A program made the position numbers and the translations under genes. Below the pieces are notes generated by a model. That model ran no database searches. It was not told where the DNA came from and worked only from the letters and a program-made list of their open reading frames with translations. Of a stretch of DNA of 64,000 bases, positions 1-11,821 are shown piece by piece. The stretch lies in NCBI RefSeq assembly GCF_006345805.1, contig NC_043006.1, forward strand, positions 57,598,001 through 57,662,000. Direction: 5' to 3'. This DNA is from Octopus sinensis. Lineage: Eukaryota. Each line of letters starts with the position of its first letter. The first letter of the stretch is position 1.

Positions 1-15
1 GCGTGTGTGTGCATG

Positions 16-54
<39 letters not shown>

Positions 55-63
55 ATATATATA

Positions 64-489
64 TACTCTTTTCTCTCTCTTTTACTCTTTTACTTGTTTC
101 AGTTATTTGACTGCGGCCATGCTGGAGCACCACCTTTTAGTCAAGCAAATCGACCCCGGGACTTATTCTTTGTAAGCCCAGTACTTATTCTATCGGTCTC
201 TTTTGCCGAACCGCTAAGTGACGGGGATGTAAACACACCAGCATCGGTTGTCAAGCAATGCTAAGGGGACAAACACAGACACACAAACAACACATACATA
301 TATATATATATTATATTATACATATATACGACAGGCTTCTTTCAGTTTCCGTCTACCAAATCCACTCACAAGGCATTGGTCGGCCCGGGGCTATAGCAGA
401 AGACACTTGCCCAAGGTGCACGCAGTGGGACTGAACCCGGAACCATGTGGTGGTTAGCAAGCTACTTACCACACAGCCACTCCTGCGCC
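64..489 (-). mobile_element. tRNA-derived CORE-type SINE (family A)
   Basis: The minus strand begins GGCGCAGGAGTGGCTGTGTGG (A-box-like), then GGGTTCAGTCC (B-box-like) and CORE-like CCTTGGGCAAGTGTCTT, with an internal microsatellite. Many copies in the window. Confidence 0.9.
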
Positions 490-507
490 TATATATATAT
501 AATATAT

Positions 508-556
<49 letters not shown>

Positions 557-615
557 CATATATATACATATATATACATATATGTATACACACATATATA
601 TTATAAATGTATATG

Positions 616-647
<32 letters not shown>

Positions 648-1000
648 TGTGTGTGTGTGTGTGTGCGTGCGTGTGTATGAGAAAGAGAGACAGTAAGAAT
701 GTATATATGTATACGTGACACACTAGTGGTGACTGTATGCATGTTAATCAAACGCACACGTTTCCGCAAAACCTGCAACTCCCTGAAGCAGGAATAGATA
801 AAGAATACAGATTACTTCTTAAATTCCGTTTACGATTATTATCTTAAAGTATTATGTCGGAAAATAACAGCTGCACGTATACTCTATGTTTGATAATAAA
901 TATGGCCATATAGTCTTTTTCAAAGAAAGAAACATTGCAGAAGTTGGTAGTAAGCCATTTGACTTCACTGAGGAAATTTATCAACTACTCCACCACTATC

Positions 1001-1061
1001 ATGAGAAATTACGCTTTAACCGTCCTTTGTCTTCTGATGATGGCATTTGCATTTTTCATTG
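1001..1061 (+). CDS. Exon 1 (signal peptide) of a secreted beta-defensin-like peptide gene
   Basis: ATG at 1001 gives MRNYALTVLCLLMMAFAFFI (basic N-terminus, hydrophobic core), then one base G and the donor GTAAGG at 1062 (phase 1). The phase matches the acceptor at 6987-6988. Confidence 0.8.
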
Positions 1062-1289
1062 GTAAGGCTTTCCTTGTTTTAAGTCCCCCAAAATATATTC
1101 TATTTCATAACATTTCATTTTTGGTATTCAATAATTAATCCTGCACCACGGACTTATCTTATGTACTCGTACATAAGCACACAATATATATATACAAATA
1201 TATATATATATTATATATATATATATATATAGATATATATATATATATTATATATATATATATATATATACACGCACACACACACATTA

Positions 1290-1330
<41 letters not shown>

Positions 1331-2039
1331 TATTATTATTATTATCATTATCATTATTAAAGATACACGTTTTAAAGCGCTACTAATAGAGAACTCAAAC
1401 ATATTCTTCGGGCGCAAACCACATAGCGTAACGAACTAAAAAAATTGAATAAGTAGAAGAAACGCGATGAAGCTGAGAAGGCAGCATATAGAAAACTTAG
1501 ACAGTAAACAACGGAAAACGAACAACGGAGAAGGAAACTAAAGTGTCAAAATTTAAAAAGTGCTATCCTCCTTCGGCCTTAAATGACAATACTTGAAAGA
1601 TATCAAGGCGGTCAAGAATAGGCAGAATTTTCCAATTCTTCAGAATATATCTATATATATGCATGCAACCACTGAAAATTTCTGACCTAGAGTTCAATAG
1701 AGGATTAGAGATCTTAGATCTGAACAGGATCTGCGTTCTTTCAGCCAAAGTCTACATTTATTCGATCCATTCACATAGGGTATGGCTTTCTCAATTACTT
1801 TCCATTTAATCATACGCGGTGTTTCGTTATCTTTCAAAGTCTATACATAGCTAACCAACTTAGTAGCTTTGTTTTGGTCCCTATGTCGGAAGGAGGCTAT
1901 GCGATTGGCATAGCGATTTTTAAATTATCCTTTACATAATCCAATATAGGTCTTCTTATCAGTGACGCGTGCCATTCAATTTCGTGATATCCGAGTAACT
2001 TTCCATTCGGAAAACTTGGCTCAAAAGAACTCCACCATC

Positions 2040-2320
2040 TCAATTCAATTCAATTCAATTCAATTTTTATTGGCTCAAAAAGCAAAAGCAAGGCCATGTA
2101 GGGGGACAGGGAGTTATGTACAGGGAGGGTGGTCATACAAAGAGTTCAGGCCATTTCTGGTCAAGAGAGACTTTGAACCGAGCGGTCGTCGGCATCTTCA
2201 CTATCTCGTCCGGCAGCTTATTCCACGGATCCGCAACCCGGACGGAGAAAGCCCCTCTCCTTCGATTGAGATGAAATCGTTGTAGATAGAGCTTTTCCTC
2301 ACTTTGAAGTGAGGAATTTA
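2040..2320 (-). mobile_element. CR1-clade LINE 3' fragment
   Basis: The minus strand encodes RRGAFSVRVADPWNKLPDEIVKMPTTARFKVSLDQKWPELFV-stop, followed by a short 3' UTR and an (AATTG)n tail. Confidence 0.8.
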
Positions 2321-3344
2321 CACTAGTATACCTGGATCAGAGAATAAACAAGGTACAAATTACGAATAAACCACCAGAATAAATCTCTTTTCGTAGATGT
2401 GAAAATGTGTTGCATTGGAGGATACTAACACACTACTAGAAATAAAAGAAAAATAATAATCAAAAAGAAAAGTTAGCCTGGATGAGGTTGGAGATCCTAA
2501 TTCAGTTGAAACTTGAAACATTGGAGAGGATCCCCGACTTAATAGTGAGCCCAAGAAGGTAGCAATTGCAGATGGTAGTGAAGGGTTGACGATCTAGCTG
2601 CTGGGTATGGAGGTCAAAATCTTAGAGAATTCGGGGGTTAACAGCTTAACTTACAGCGCTTCCTGTGACATGATTGTACTTCTCGATTGAAATATTGTCT
2701 CTATTTTTTTTTCATCAAGTCACTAGTGTAAACTATGACAAGCCTTATTATGACGGCGCTTATATCCTTTCTGGGCTAACTGTATTGTATCAGACTCGAA
2801 AGTATTAATGATTAATATTTTCCACTCGTTGGTATAATAAACGGCACTTGTTCGATGAAGGGATGGGATAAATATCCTTGTCCATTGAACTAATATTTAG
2901 TGTCATCTTGAACAACTACCATCAAATTTCCAGTTTCTTCCTTTAAATCTCTACGCTAGAGCCGCCCACACGGTGCGTTACGATTATCCATGTAACTGTA
3001 CTTCTACTAGCGTTTCCTTTCATTCAAAACTTATCCTGCTTTGGTATGCTTTCTTTTATCCAAGTCAAACACAAGTTAAGTCCTATTATTACTAATTACC
3101 GTGTCGCTGCCGGACCCGATAAAAGGCTTTGCGGCATTACATTCTGAGGTCGACTTGGTCTTCCTGACACTTAGGGCAGAGAGTTTCTCATTGGTGGACC
3201 AATAAAAATAAATACACTAGATTGTTCATTTACAAAGCCATGTGATAGAGAAAAAGGAAAGAAAGAAGAGATAAAAAGGAAAAAATAATATAAAAATGTA
3301 TGCAAAGAAAATAAAGGGGAAAAAGGAAAGAAAATTCACTGCGA

Positions 3345-4015
3345 CAATGCTCTTCTCAATATGTGTGACGTACAAGTAAAAACAATCTTTTACACTTCCT
3401 GCGTGGATTGTAAGCCAGGTTTCATAAATAATTTTCAGCTCCTTTTATGATCATTCCAAGTGTTCCTACAATCACTGGTATTGTAACCGTCTTGAGATGC
3501 CAAATCTTTTCGATTTCAATTAGCAAATCTTTATATTTTCTGGGCTTATCAAATTCTTTTGCTGAGATATTATGGTCATAGGGTATGCTCATGTCAATCA
3601 ATAAACAGACTTTATTGTTTTGGTATTTCACAACAATATCTGGTTTATTTGCTTTGATGGTCCAGTCTGTACATACTGGAAAGTCCCAAGGAATAGTTAC
3701 ATTTTCTCCCTCAGTTACAGCCTCAGGCTGGTGTTTGTAACATTTGTCAGTAGTTTTGATTTAATGCCGACACATTATCCAATGTAGATATTAGCCAACT
3801 CTGTCATGTCTTGAGGTGATAAAATCTTACACCCAGAGATTAGGTGGTCCACTGTTTCAATCCCATCGTTGCAGTATCGGCACTTTGGGTCTACTCCATC
3901 TTTCATCACATTGACTGGATAGTTCCAGGTCAATAAGCTCTGATCTTGAACAGCCAAGTTAAAGCCTTCACTCTCTGTTTTTATCCCTGAGCTCCACGAG
4001 CATCCCGTAGCCACT
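3345..4015 (-). mobile_element. R4/Dong-clade non-LTR retrotransposon fragment (zinc knuckle plus RLE endonuclease)
   Basis: Broken frames give KCRYCNDGIETVDHLISGC and CLLIDMSIPYDHNISAKEFDKPRKYKDLLIEIEKIWHLKTVTIPVIVGTLG. Confidence 0.85.
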
Positions 4016-4029
4016 GATGGGTGTGCTTT

Positions 4030-4057
4030 ATTATTATTATTATTATATTTATTATTA

Positions 4058-4130
<73 letters not shown>

Positions 4131-4167
4131 CATTCTATGTTTGACTTTTGCTTTATGTCTGTACAAG

Positions 4168-4218
<51 letters not shown>

Positions 4219-4260
4219 TTCGTTGTTGTTGTTATTATTATTGTTGTTGTTGTTACTATT
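4030..4260. repeat. (TAT)n microsatellite tracts
   Basis: Long ATT/TAT runs; source of the poly-I and poly-Y ORFs. Confidence 0.95.
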
Positions 4261-4269
4261 CATATACTA

Positions 4270-5450
4270 ACAATAGATTAAATAGTAGGAAAAGAAAAGT
4301 TCTTAACATCGGGCGACAAATAACGTTATATGTCCAGAACCTTCCAAAGTAGCCTAGCTGTCCGCAATGACGCTGTGTTTTGGAGCTGCACTAAACTATG
4401 TTTTATGCCTATTTCCTTTATCCATCTGTTCACATCTTTAGGGATAGTTCCTAATGCACCTATAACTACATGGATGCATTTTCCCATTGCCTCTAAAACT
4501 CACTGGATAGGCCCTGGTATTTTGCTATTTTCTCTACACTTATCATATTGCCTTTCTTATTATTATGACTGTAAAGTCAATTTTCTGGCACTTTTTATTC
4601 TCTTTGTCTTCTACTACTAAATCAGGCCTTTTAGCTTCTATTACTCTGCCAGCCTGAATGTTTAAATCCCACAACAGCTTATATTTCTTACTTTCTAGCA
4701 CTTTACTAGCTTCTTGTTCACACCATTTATCAGTATAGTCAAATCCTAGCTTTCTACATAACTCCCAGTGGTTGTCAAGTATTCTCTTGTATTCTTTCTG
4801 CGCCAGCATGCTACATTCATTTACCATATGAATAACACTTTCCCCTTTTAAATTACGTAACCTACCTTTGGAATCTACCTGGTTTTTGTCTATCTTGGTT
4901 TTTATTTAATTAGTCCTCGATGCTTGATATTGTGCTACAACTAGCGAACTTTGTCTTCCTCTTCAGCATTCCTTTCTGCAACCATAATAATGACTCACTA
5001 TAACTATTTTGGGGAATCTACCATGCAAACCCTTCTCTTGCCTGTCAGATAATATTTCTTCTTTTTTTCTGGTTTTTAACTGCATTTGGCTTTTTGGTTT
5101 CCCTATGTTCTACTGTTACTTTAGTAGCTCTCTTAATAAAATTTCTAGCTAATTCCACACAATCTTCTGCTGATATTAACCATATCCCATCCTCCTTTCT
5201 AGGTATGTATAATCTTGATATTCCAGCTCTTGGGTGAAGTCCTCCATTCACATTGAATTCCTTCTTAGTTCTTCTCTCTAGATTTGCTAATTCAGATTTT
5301 GTCCAATGTATAAAAACTGCTGAATATCTAAGTAATGATACTACCCAAGTATTTACAGTCTTCACTAGATTCGGACCATTTGGCTTTGACTTCATTAGCT
5401 TTCTCGCCCTTCTGATATACTTCTCAATTTTCGTTTTCATTTTTTATAGT
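4270..5450 (-). mobile_element. Second R4/Dong-clade LINE fragment (RT thumb to RLE)
   Basis: NTWVVSLLRYSAVFIHWTKSELANLERRTKK...LHPRAGISRLYIPRKEDG and CSMLAQKEYKR...HWELC...KRPDLVVEDKENKKC. Confidence 0.8.
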
Positions 5451-5456
5451 TAGTAC

Positions 5457-5631
5457 ACTGGCAGATTATAATATTCTGTATTTACGTTCTGAGTTCAAAT
5501 TCCACCGAGGTCGACTTTACATTTCATCCTTTCGGGGTCGACAAATAAAGTACCAGGTGCGTACTGGGGTCGATCTAATCGACTGGCCCCCTCCCTCCAA
5601 ATTTCAGGCCCTTATGCCTATAGTAGAAACA

Positions 5632-5685
<54 letters not shown>

Positions 5686-5940
5686 TATTATTATTATTAT
5701 TATTATATTATTTTGTTTATTATTATTACGAGCTGGCAGAATCGTTAGCACGCCGAGCAAAAATAAGTAGTAGTATTTCTCTCATCTTTACGTTCTGAGC
5801 TCAAATTCCGCAAAGGTCAACTTTGCCTCTCATCCTTTCGGGGTCGATAAATTACGTACCTGTGAAACACTGGGGTCGATGTAATCGACTAGTTCCCTCT
5901 TCCAAAATTTCAAGGCCTTGTGCCTTCAGTAAAAAGGATT
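5457..5940 (+). mobile_element. Two tRNA-derived SINEs (family B) with ATT tails
   Basis: GTTCTGAGTTCAAATT B-box-like, CGAGGTCGACTTT-CCTTTCATCCTTTCGGGGTCGATAAA-TAAGTACC core, (ATT)n tails. Confidence 0.85.
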
Positions 5941-5985
5941 ATTATTATTATTATTATTATTATTATTGTTATTATTATTATTATT

Positions 5986-6540
5986 GAGTGAGCGAGCAGA
6001 GCATGCCATCAAAGTGACACTGGGGTAAAATATACGAAGCCCAGTATACCCATCATGACTACCCGTCTGATAAGGGTACACCAGGCACATGCATCACAAC
6101 CATATGTGCGCGACATGGTGATCTCATATCAAGATAAACAGCACATGACCTTGCAGGTGGAGCCCAGTTTTAGATTTTCTTCAGATCGAGTAACCCATCC
6201 CGCTCAAAAGGTCCCGAATAAGGGTTATTTAAGGACGTTGAACGAAACACCCATGTTTCCAGAGGTGAATTATTCAAACCCCAAAGAATCCTTCTCAACA
6301 CATGGCTATGATGCTCCCCCACTACTTCTGCTCGTGATCAGAGATGCACATATCGTTAGCCACCAAGGGACATGCTCACTGGTTAAGGTCAAACAACTGA
6401 CAAGCAAATCTGTGGTATTGAGCAGAATATTTGCTCTAGCCCATCTTTTATACCAAGACAAAACAATGTACATGATAACAACTTCCAATCAGTTAAGATC
6501 AGAAGCCATGAGAGCCACTGCCTGGTACTGCATCAGGGCA
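5986..6540. mobile_element. ~555-bp non-coding interspersed element embedded in an (ATT)n microsatellite
   Basis: Complex sequence flanked directly on both sides by (ATT)n. I recognise it as a common octopus repeat. The 237-aa ORF over it has no recognisable domain and runs into the microsatellite. Confidence 0.6.
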
Positions 6541-6662
6541 TATTATTATTATTATTATTATTATATTATTATTATTATTAATTTTATTATTCTTGTTGTT
6601 GTATTATTATTATTTATTATTGTTGTTGTTGTGTTGTTATTATTATATTGTTGTTGTTGTTG

Positions 6663-6704
<42 letters not shown>

Positions 6705-6988
6705 TATTATTATTATTTTTGTTATTCTTTATATAGCGGGACATTTTCAATATTCACTCTTGATCTGAAAAATATACAAAAAGTGATAATTTTGTTCTTC
6801 ATAGAAATGAAAACACAGACACACAGACACACATACATCTAATAAATGTAAATATAAAGGAAGTCTATATATATATATATATATAATATATATATATATA
6901 TATTATATAATATATATTATATATATATATATATAGGGAGTCCGATTCGTTTTCGTTTTCGTAACTTACTTTTTCGTCTCCGTTTCAG

Positions 6989-7121
6989 CAGCTGGGCCAA
7001 CGTCAAGCAAGTGTTCAGACGTGAAGGGGTATGCATTGATAGCAGAATGACTTTGTGTGCCCATGTGATACAACATGGAATCTGTGGCGCAGAATATATG
7101 ATATGCTGCAAACCGTGGTAA
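6989..7121 (+). CDS. Exon 2 copy A of beta-defensin-like peptide (1-nt deletion as assembled)
   Basis: Polypyrimidine acceptor TTACTTTTTCGTCTCCGTTTCAG, phase-1 entry. Reads AAGPTSSKCSDVK, then after restoring one T at 7028/7029 (present in copy B) GVCIDSRMTLCAHVIQHGICGAEYMICCKPW and stop TAA at 7119-7121. Uncorrected, it stops at TGA 7048. Confidence 0.75.
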
Positions 7122-7490
7122 GTTATTTTGGATATAGAATTTAAGAAGACAAGGAATATCGAACATACTACGGTAGGAGTAAAAAAAAGTGGAGTGCAGG
7201 GTTAAAGAGGAAAAAGGAACTAGAATCTAAAGTAGCTAGTGACAGATTGTCTGGGTAAACGGACTTCAAGCAAGTGTTCAGACGTGAAGGGTGTATGCAT
7301 TGATAGCAGAATGACTTTGTGTGCCCATGTGATACAACAGGGAATCTGTGGCGCAGAATATATGATATGCTGCAAACCGTGGTAAGTTATTTTGGATATA
7401 GAATTTTTAAGAAGACAAGAAATATCGAACATACTACGGTAGGAGTAAAAAAAGTGGAGTGCAGGGTTAAAGAGGAAAAGGAACTAGAAT
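7003..7490 (+). repeat. Tandem direct duplication (~224-bp unit, period ~264) of exon 2 plus 3' UTR
   Basis: 7003-7226 and 7266-7490 are nearly identical. They differ by a 1-nt deletion, CAT/CAG, GGA/GAA and homopolymer lengths. Confidence 0.95.
7266..7385 (+). CDS. Exon 2 copy B of beta-defensin-like peptide (intact six-Cys frame)
   Basis: Open frame SSKCSDVKGVCIDSRMTLCAHVIQQGICGAEYMICCKPW, stop TAA at 7383-7385. An in-phase but weak acceptor (GACAG, AG at 7244-7245) would add DCLGKRT in front. Confidence 0.75.
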   Translation, partial: SSKCSDVKGVCIDSRMTLCAHVIQQGICGAEYMICCKPW

Positions 7491-7905
7491 TTGGGTAAAG
7501 GGACTCTTTTTAAGCTACGCGATTAAGTGAGTACAGTAAAATGGTATTGAAATACACCCGTTTTTAAAAATCCTTTCACCAGACCGAAATCACAGATCTG
7601 GATTATACTGATGACGTGGGCGTTACTTGGCTCACCCTACAAGGAACTTCAAGTGTAGACCATTCAATAAGGTGTGGACACGTTATGTATGTATGTAGGT
7701 ATGTATGTAGTATGTATGTATGTAGGTATGTAGGAGTATGTATGTATGTATGTACGTATGTATGTATGTATTATATATATAATATATTTATATATATGTA
7801 TGTGTGTGTATGTATATATTATATATATATATTATATATATGTATGTGTGTGTATATATATATATATGTATATCTATATGTGTGTGTATACATATATGTG
7901 TATAT

Positions 7906-7954
<49 letters not shown>

Positions 7955-8374
7955 TTATGTATATATATATATATATATATATATTTGGTTTCATAATGTC
8001 CAACCGTTAATCCCGGCCCGTCTTTTTAATCCGTTTTATCCTCTTTCACGTCATTGTTTTTCCCCTCAGTCTTTTATATCGAAGATCCTTGTGTCAAAGG
8101 ATCTTCCATTCTTCCCGAGCATGAGACTAATACACCTGCTTGTTTTACCTCACCTGTCGTTGTCTTTTGTTTTCTGTACATTAGAACTACACCGTATATA
8201 TAGATTTATATCTAATTATGTACGGATGTATCTCTCTCTCTCTTTTTCTCTCTTTCTACACACATACACACACAGACGCACACACACACACACACGCACA
8301 CACACACAGACACAGACACACTCACACACACACATACATGCATACATACATACATACATACATACATACATGCA

Positions 8375-8409
<35 letters not shown>

Positions 8410-8626
8410 TTATTTACTACTCACAAGGGGCTAAACACAGAGAGGACAAACAAACGGATTAATTCGATTATATCAACCCCAGTGCGTAACTGGTACTTAT
8501 TTAATCGACCCCGAAAGATGAAAGGTAAAGTCGACCTCGGCGGAATTTGAACTCACAACGTAGCGGCAGACGAAATACGGCTACGCATTTCGCCCGGCGT
8601 GCTAACGTCTCTGCCAGCTCGCCGCC
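8410..8626 (-). mobile_element. SINE family B
   Basis: Full reverse-complement copy ending CTGCCAGCTCGCCGCC. Confidence 0.9.
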
Positions 8627-8689
8627 TTTCTATACATACATATATAAATGCTCGACTCCGTCGGTCACGAATAATCATGAGTGCACCTA

Positions 8690-8876
8690 AGTGGTTTCCC
8701 TAAAGAGTACAATTCTTTGCGGAAAGTCGCCTCACGGTCGAACGCACAACCTAAGGTTGTTTTTTCTATGGGAGACCAGCAGTCGCCTATGCATACCAGC
8801 CTCTCCTCTCCACGCCACCTATATTATCCAAGAGAAAAGCAAAGGCCGATACAGCTTGGCACCAGTGATGTCGATA
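8690..8876. mobile_element. Interspersed repeat family D fragment
   Basis: CCAGCAGTCGCC-ATGCATACCAGCCTC-CCTCTCCACGCCACC...GGCACCAGTGATGTCG, shared with 55985-56180. Confidence 0.7.
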
Positions 8877-9052
8877 TATATATATATATATATAGATATC
8901 TATATTATATATATATATGTATGTGTGTGTGTTTGTGTGTGGTGTGTGTGTGGGTGTGTGGTGTGTGTGTGTGGTGTGTGTGTGTGGTGTGTGTTGTTTG
9001 TGCTGCGTGTGAGCATGTGTGTTCGTGTGTGCATGTGCATGTGTGTGTGTGC

Positions 9053-9088
<36 letters not shown>

Positions 9089-9829
9089 GTGTGTGTGCGT
9101 GTGTGTGTGTGCGTGCGTATGTGTGTGTGTGTGTGTGTGTAAGACGACGATATATATACTACAACTCGATCTACAGATTGATGTCAGCAAAGCAATTGTC
9201 ACGTTTTCCTCTCTTGCTGATAACAAGTAAGTTACTACCCTAGATTCCGAACTCCTTCAAGAAGTAAAGAACTTAGTATATCTTGGGGGTCCTCCATTCT
9301 GCCAACCGATCGGGTCCCTGAGAAAATCACGACTCTATTGTTGCCATGGAATCCATGTGATATTATATCCACCAATCAAGCTCCGTGTATATCTGAATCT
9401 CATACCCTAACTGCCCCTTCATGTCTGTGAAACGTGATTCCCTCATGGTCACAGAATTTCGCCACATAGAGGCGTTGTTTAAAGGTGTTTCAGACGCATT
9501 CTTAAAATTATATTGTTGGACCCAGTGACAACCCCACATCTTCATTCCCGGGGGAAACATCAAACTTATGGCTCAAGTAATCCGTAGTATCATTTCAAAT
9601 GATTCGACCACATCTGCCATCGAGCAAAATGCTTAGCGGCATTTCGTCCGTCTAAGTTCAAATGTCGCCAAGGTCGACTTTGCCTGTCATCTTTTCGGGG
9701 TCGATAAAATAAGTACCAGTTGAGCACTGAGATCGATGTAATCGACATATCTCTTTCCCGAAATTCAGGGCTTTGTGCCAAAATTTGAAATATAAAATTA
9801 CCAGTGAAACTGCCAGTGATGATACAGAG

Positions 9830-10972
9830 ACTGCTACTAATTATGAAGGAGGAAGTGAAGAAAATTATTACTTATAAAGGCTATACATCAGCTCAATAAT
9901 TTTGATTAAATTGAGATTTTCTGGAAGAGTGTACCTACTAGGACTTTATTTCTAGTAATGAGAACTCAGTTCTAGACATTAAAGCTTCCAAAAATCATCC
10001 GACGGTTCTTGGGGTAAGAAATGCTGCTGGTGATATGAAATTAGAGCTCCTATTCGTGTATCACTCTCAATTTCCTTGGGCTTGGATAACTATGAGTTTT
10101 TCTCAAGACTGGTTTATAAATATTTTTATCCTGATGCAGAAAAAGTATAGTGTCAGTCGTAATATTTCCAATAAAGCATTGCTCCTTTTAGACAATGCAC
10201 AAGGCTGCCCAGTGAAATTAAAATGTAATATATTCCGAAAAACACTTCTTTGACCTAGCCGTCGGATCACGATGTAATGACTAACTTCATAGCATATTAT
10301 CATAGGACTTTAAAACAAGTGGAAAGGAGAAACCTGCAGTTAAGACTTCTACAAAAGTTTATCATTGTGGATGCAGCGGATAAAAAATGCTGAATCAAGG
10401 GTTGGAGCGAAATCCTGAATTATGAATAGTGTTTGGGAAAAAATACGACTAGCATATATCCGTGACATTACAGGTTTTCTGCTAACAGAATGTGTACATC
10501 AAGTTTTCGCAAGATGTTACATCCTCAAATGATGTAGTGTTTGAAAAAGTCGTAGAATATGCGATGTTTGACTTGTTAGGGTGAGAAAGTTAATCCAATA
10601 AGGAACCGATGATGTTTAAACAAGAAGAAAACTGCAAGACAGGAAGAGCAAATAGAAGCTCCTCCATTCCATTTGAAATGAGAGCAAAGAATATGGTTAA
10701 ATGGAAGCCACTACAAGCCTTTGCTGATGAGCCCTAATTGTGGAAAACAATTTGATATAATATAGCATAATGTAACATAATGTAATATAGTATAATATAA
10801 TAAGCAATTCCTATACGGAGTGATTCAAAGGGATACTGCACTGTAAAGCTGTGGATAAGCTCCTCCCCCTTAAAGCAGAAGCTGTTAACAAGGATGATCT
10901 ACAAGGAAGAGGATAGTGCATCTCTTCCTCTCTGTAAATCTCAATGCACTACCATCCGGTGAGTACCATCTG
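9830..10972 (+). mobile_element. Degenerate pogo/Tigger-type DNA transposon
   Basis: MKLELLFVYHSQ...AWITMSFSQDWF...KALLLLDNAQGCP resembles the pogo DDE domain. Ends in CTG followed by TA. Confidence 0.7.
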
Positions 10973-11821
10973 TAGTACAATATTAATGTTTTTTATTTAT
11001 ATATTTATTCCTAAATGTGTTTCTCTTCAAATGATGTTATGTACATAAACTGAACTGCATGTACCGTGTATTTATGATACAGGTTGTAGTGTGTGCATAT
11101 GTGTGCTTGTGGCGGGGTACTGCAAGTGTTTTATTTTCATGCTAATGACAGGTTATATTGTTCCCTTTTGGTTTTCTTTTTCTCAATATAAAACAATGAA
11201 ATCAATCACTGGATTAAGACTTTGCGCTACGCCAATGATTTTCAATAATGCAGAATATCCTATGGAAGAGTTATTTCCACATATATCTCTCTTACATGTT
11301 ATAATTGAGATTATGCCTTCTATTTTGTTTACAAACGATTAATTTAATAAATTTTGAATTTCATATTGAGTATTTGTGAGAGAAATACTCTGTGTGGAAG
11401 TAAACTGAGATGAGATAGTAGATGTGATAGTGGACATAGAAATGTATGTCTGTTATCTACATAGATAAAAATAATGATATTAGTTGCTGACTAATATTAT
11501 GCTTCTTTTCTCACATATGTTAAGGATCTCAAGCGGAAGTATAATCTCGCTGTATATACCGCGCTTAAATAACTATAGAGTAAAAGTTACATTTTCGTGC
11601 GTGTATCACTCCCACCTCACAAATATATACACATATATACATATATAAATTCATTTATTATGCATGTACGTACGTACATAATACATACGTACGTATGGAT
11701 GAACATATGTATGGATGAACATATATGTATGTTCTGTTCTGTTTGTAATTATTCGAAGTCTTTCGATATAGAAGGATCTGGTTTCTAACAAAGGTACAAA
11801 GCTCTATCGTTAGAATATAGT

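Noticed and set aside
6055-6768. 237-aa ORF, the longest in the track
   Set aside because: It lies in a dispersed repeat, has no recognisable domain and reads through into a microsatellite.
7119-7124. GTAAGT at the end of exon 2 as a possible splice donor
   Set aside because: It coincides with TGG-TAA (Trp-stop) closing the six-Cys frame in both copies, so a terminal exon is the simpler reading. A further exon cannot be fully excluded.
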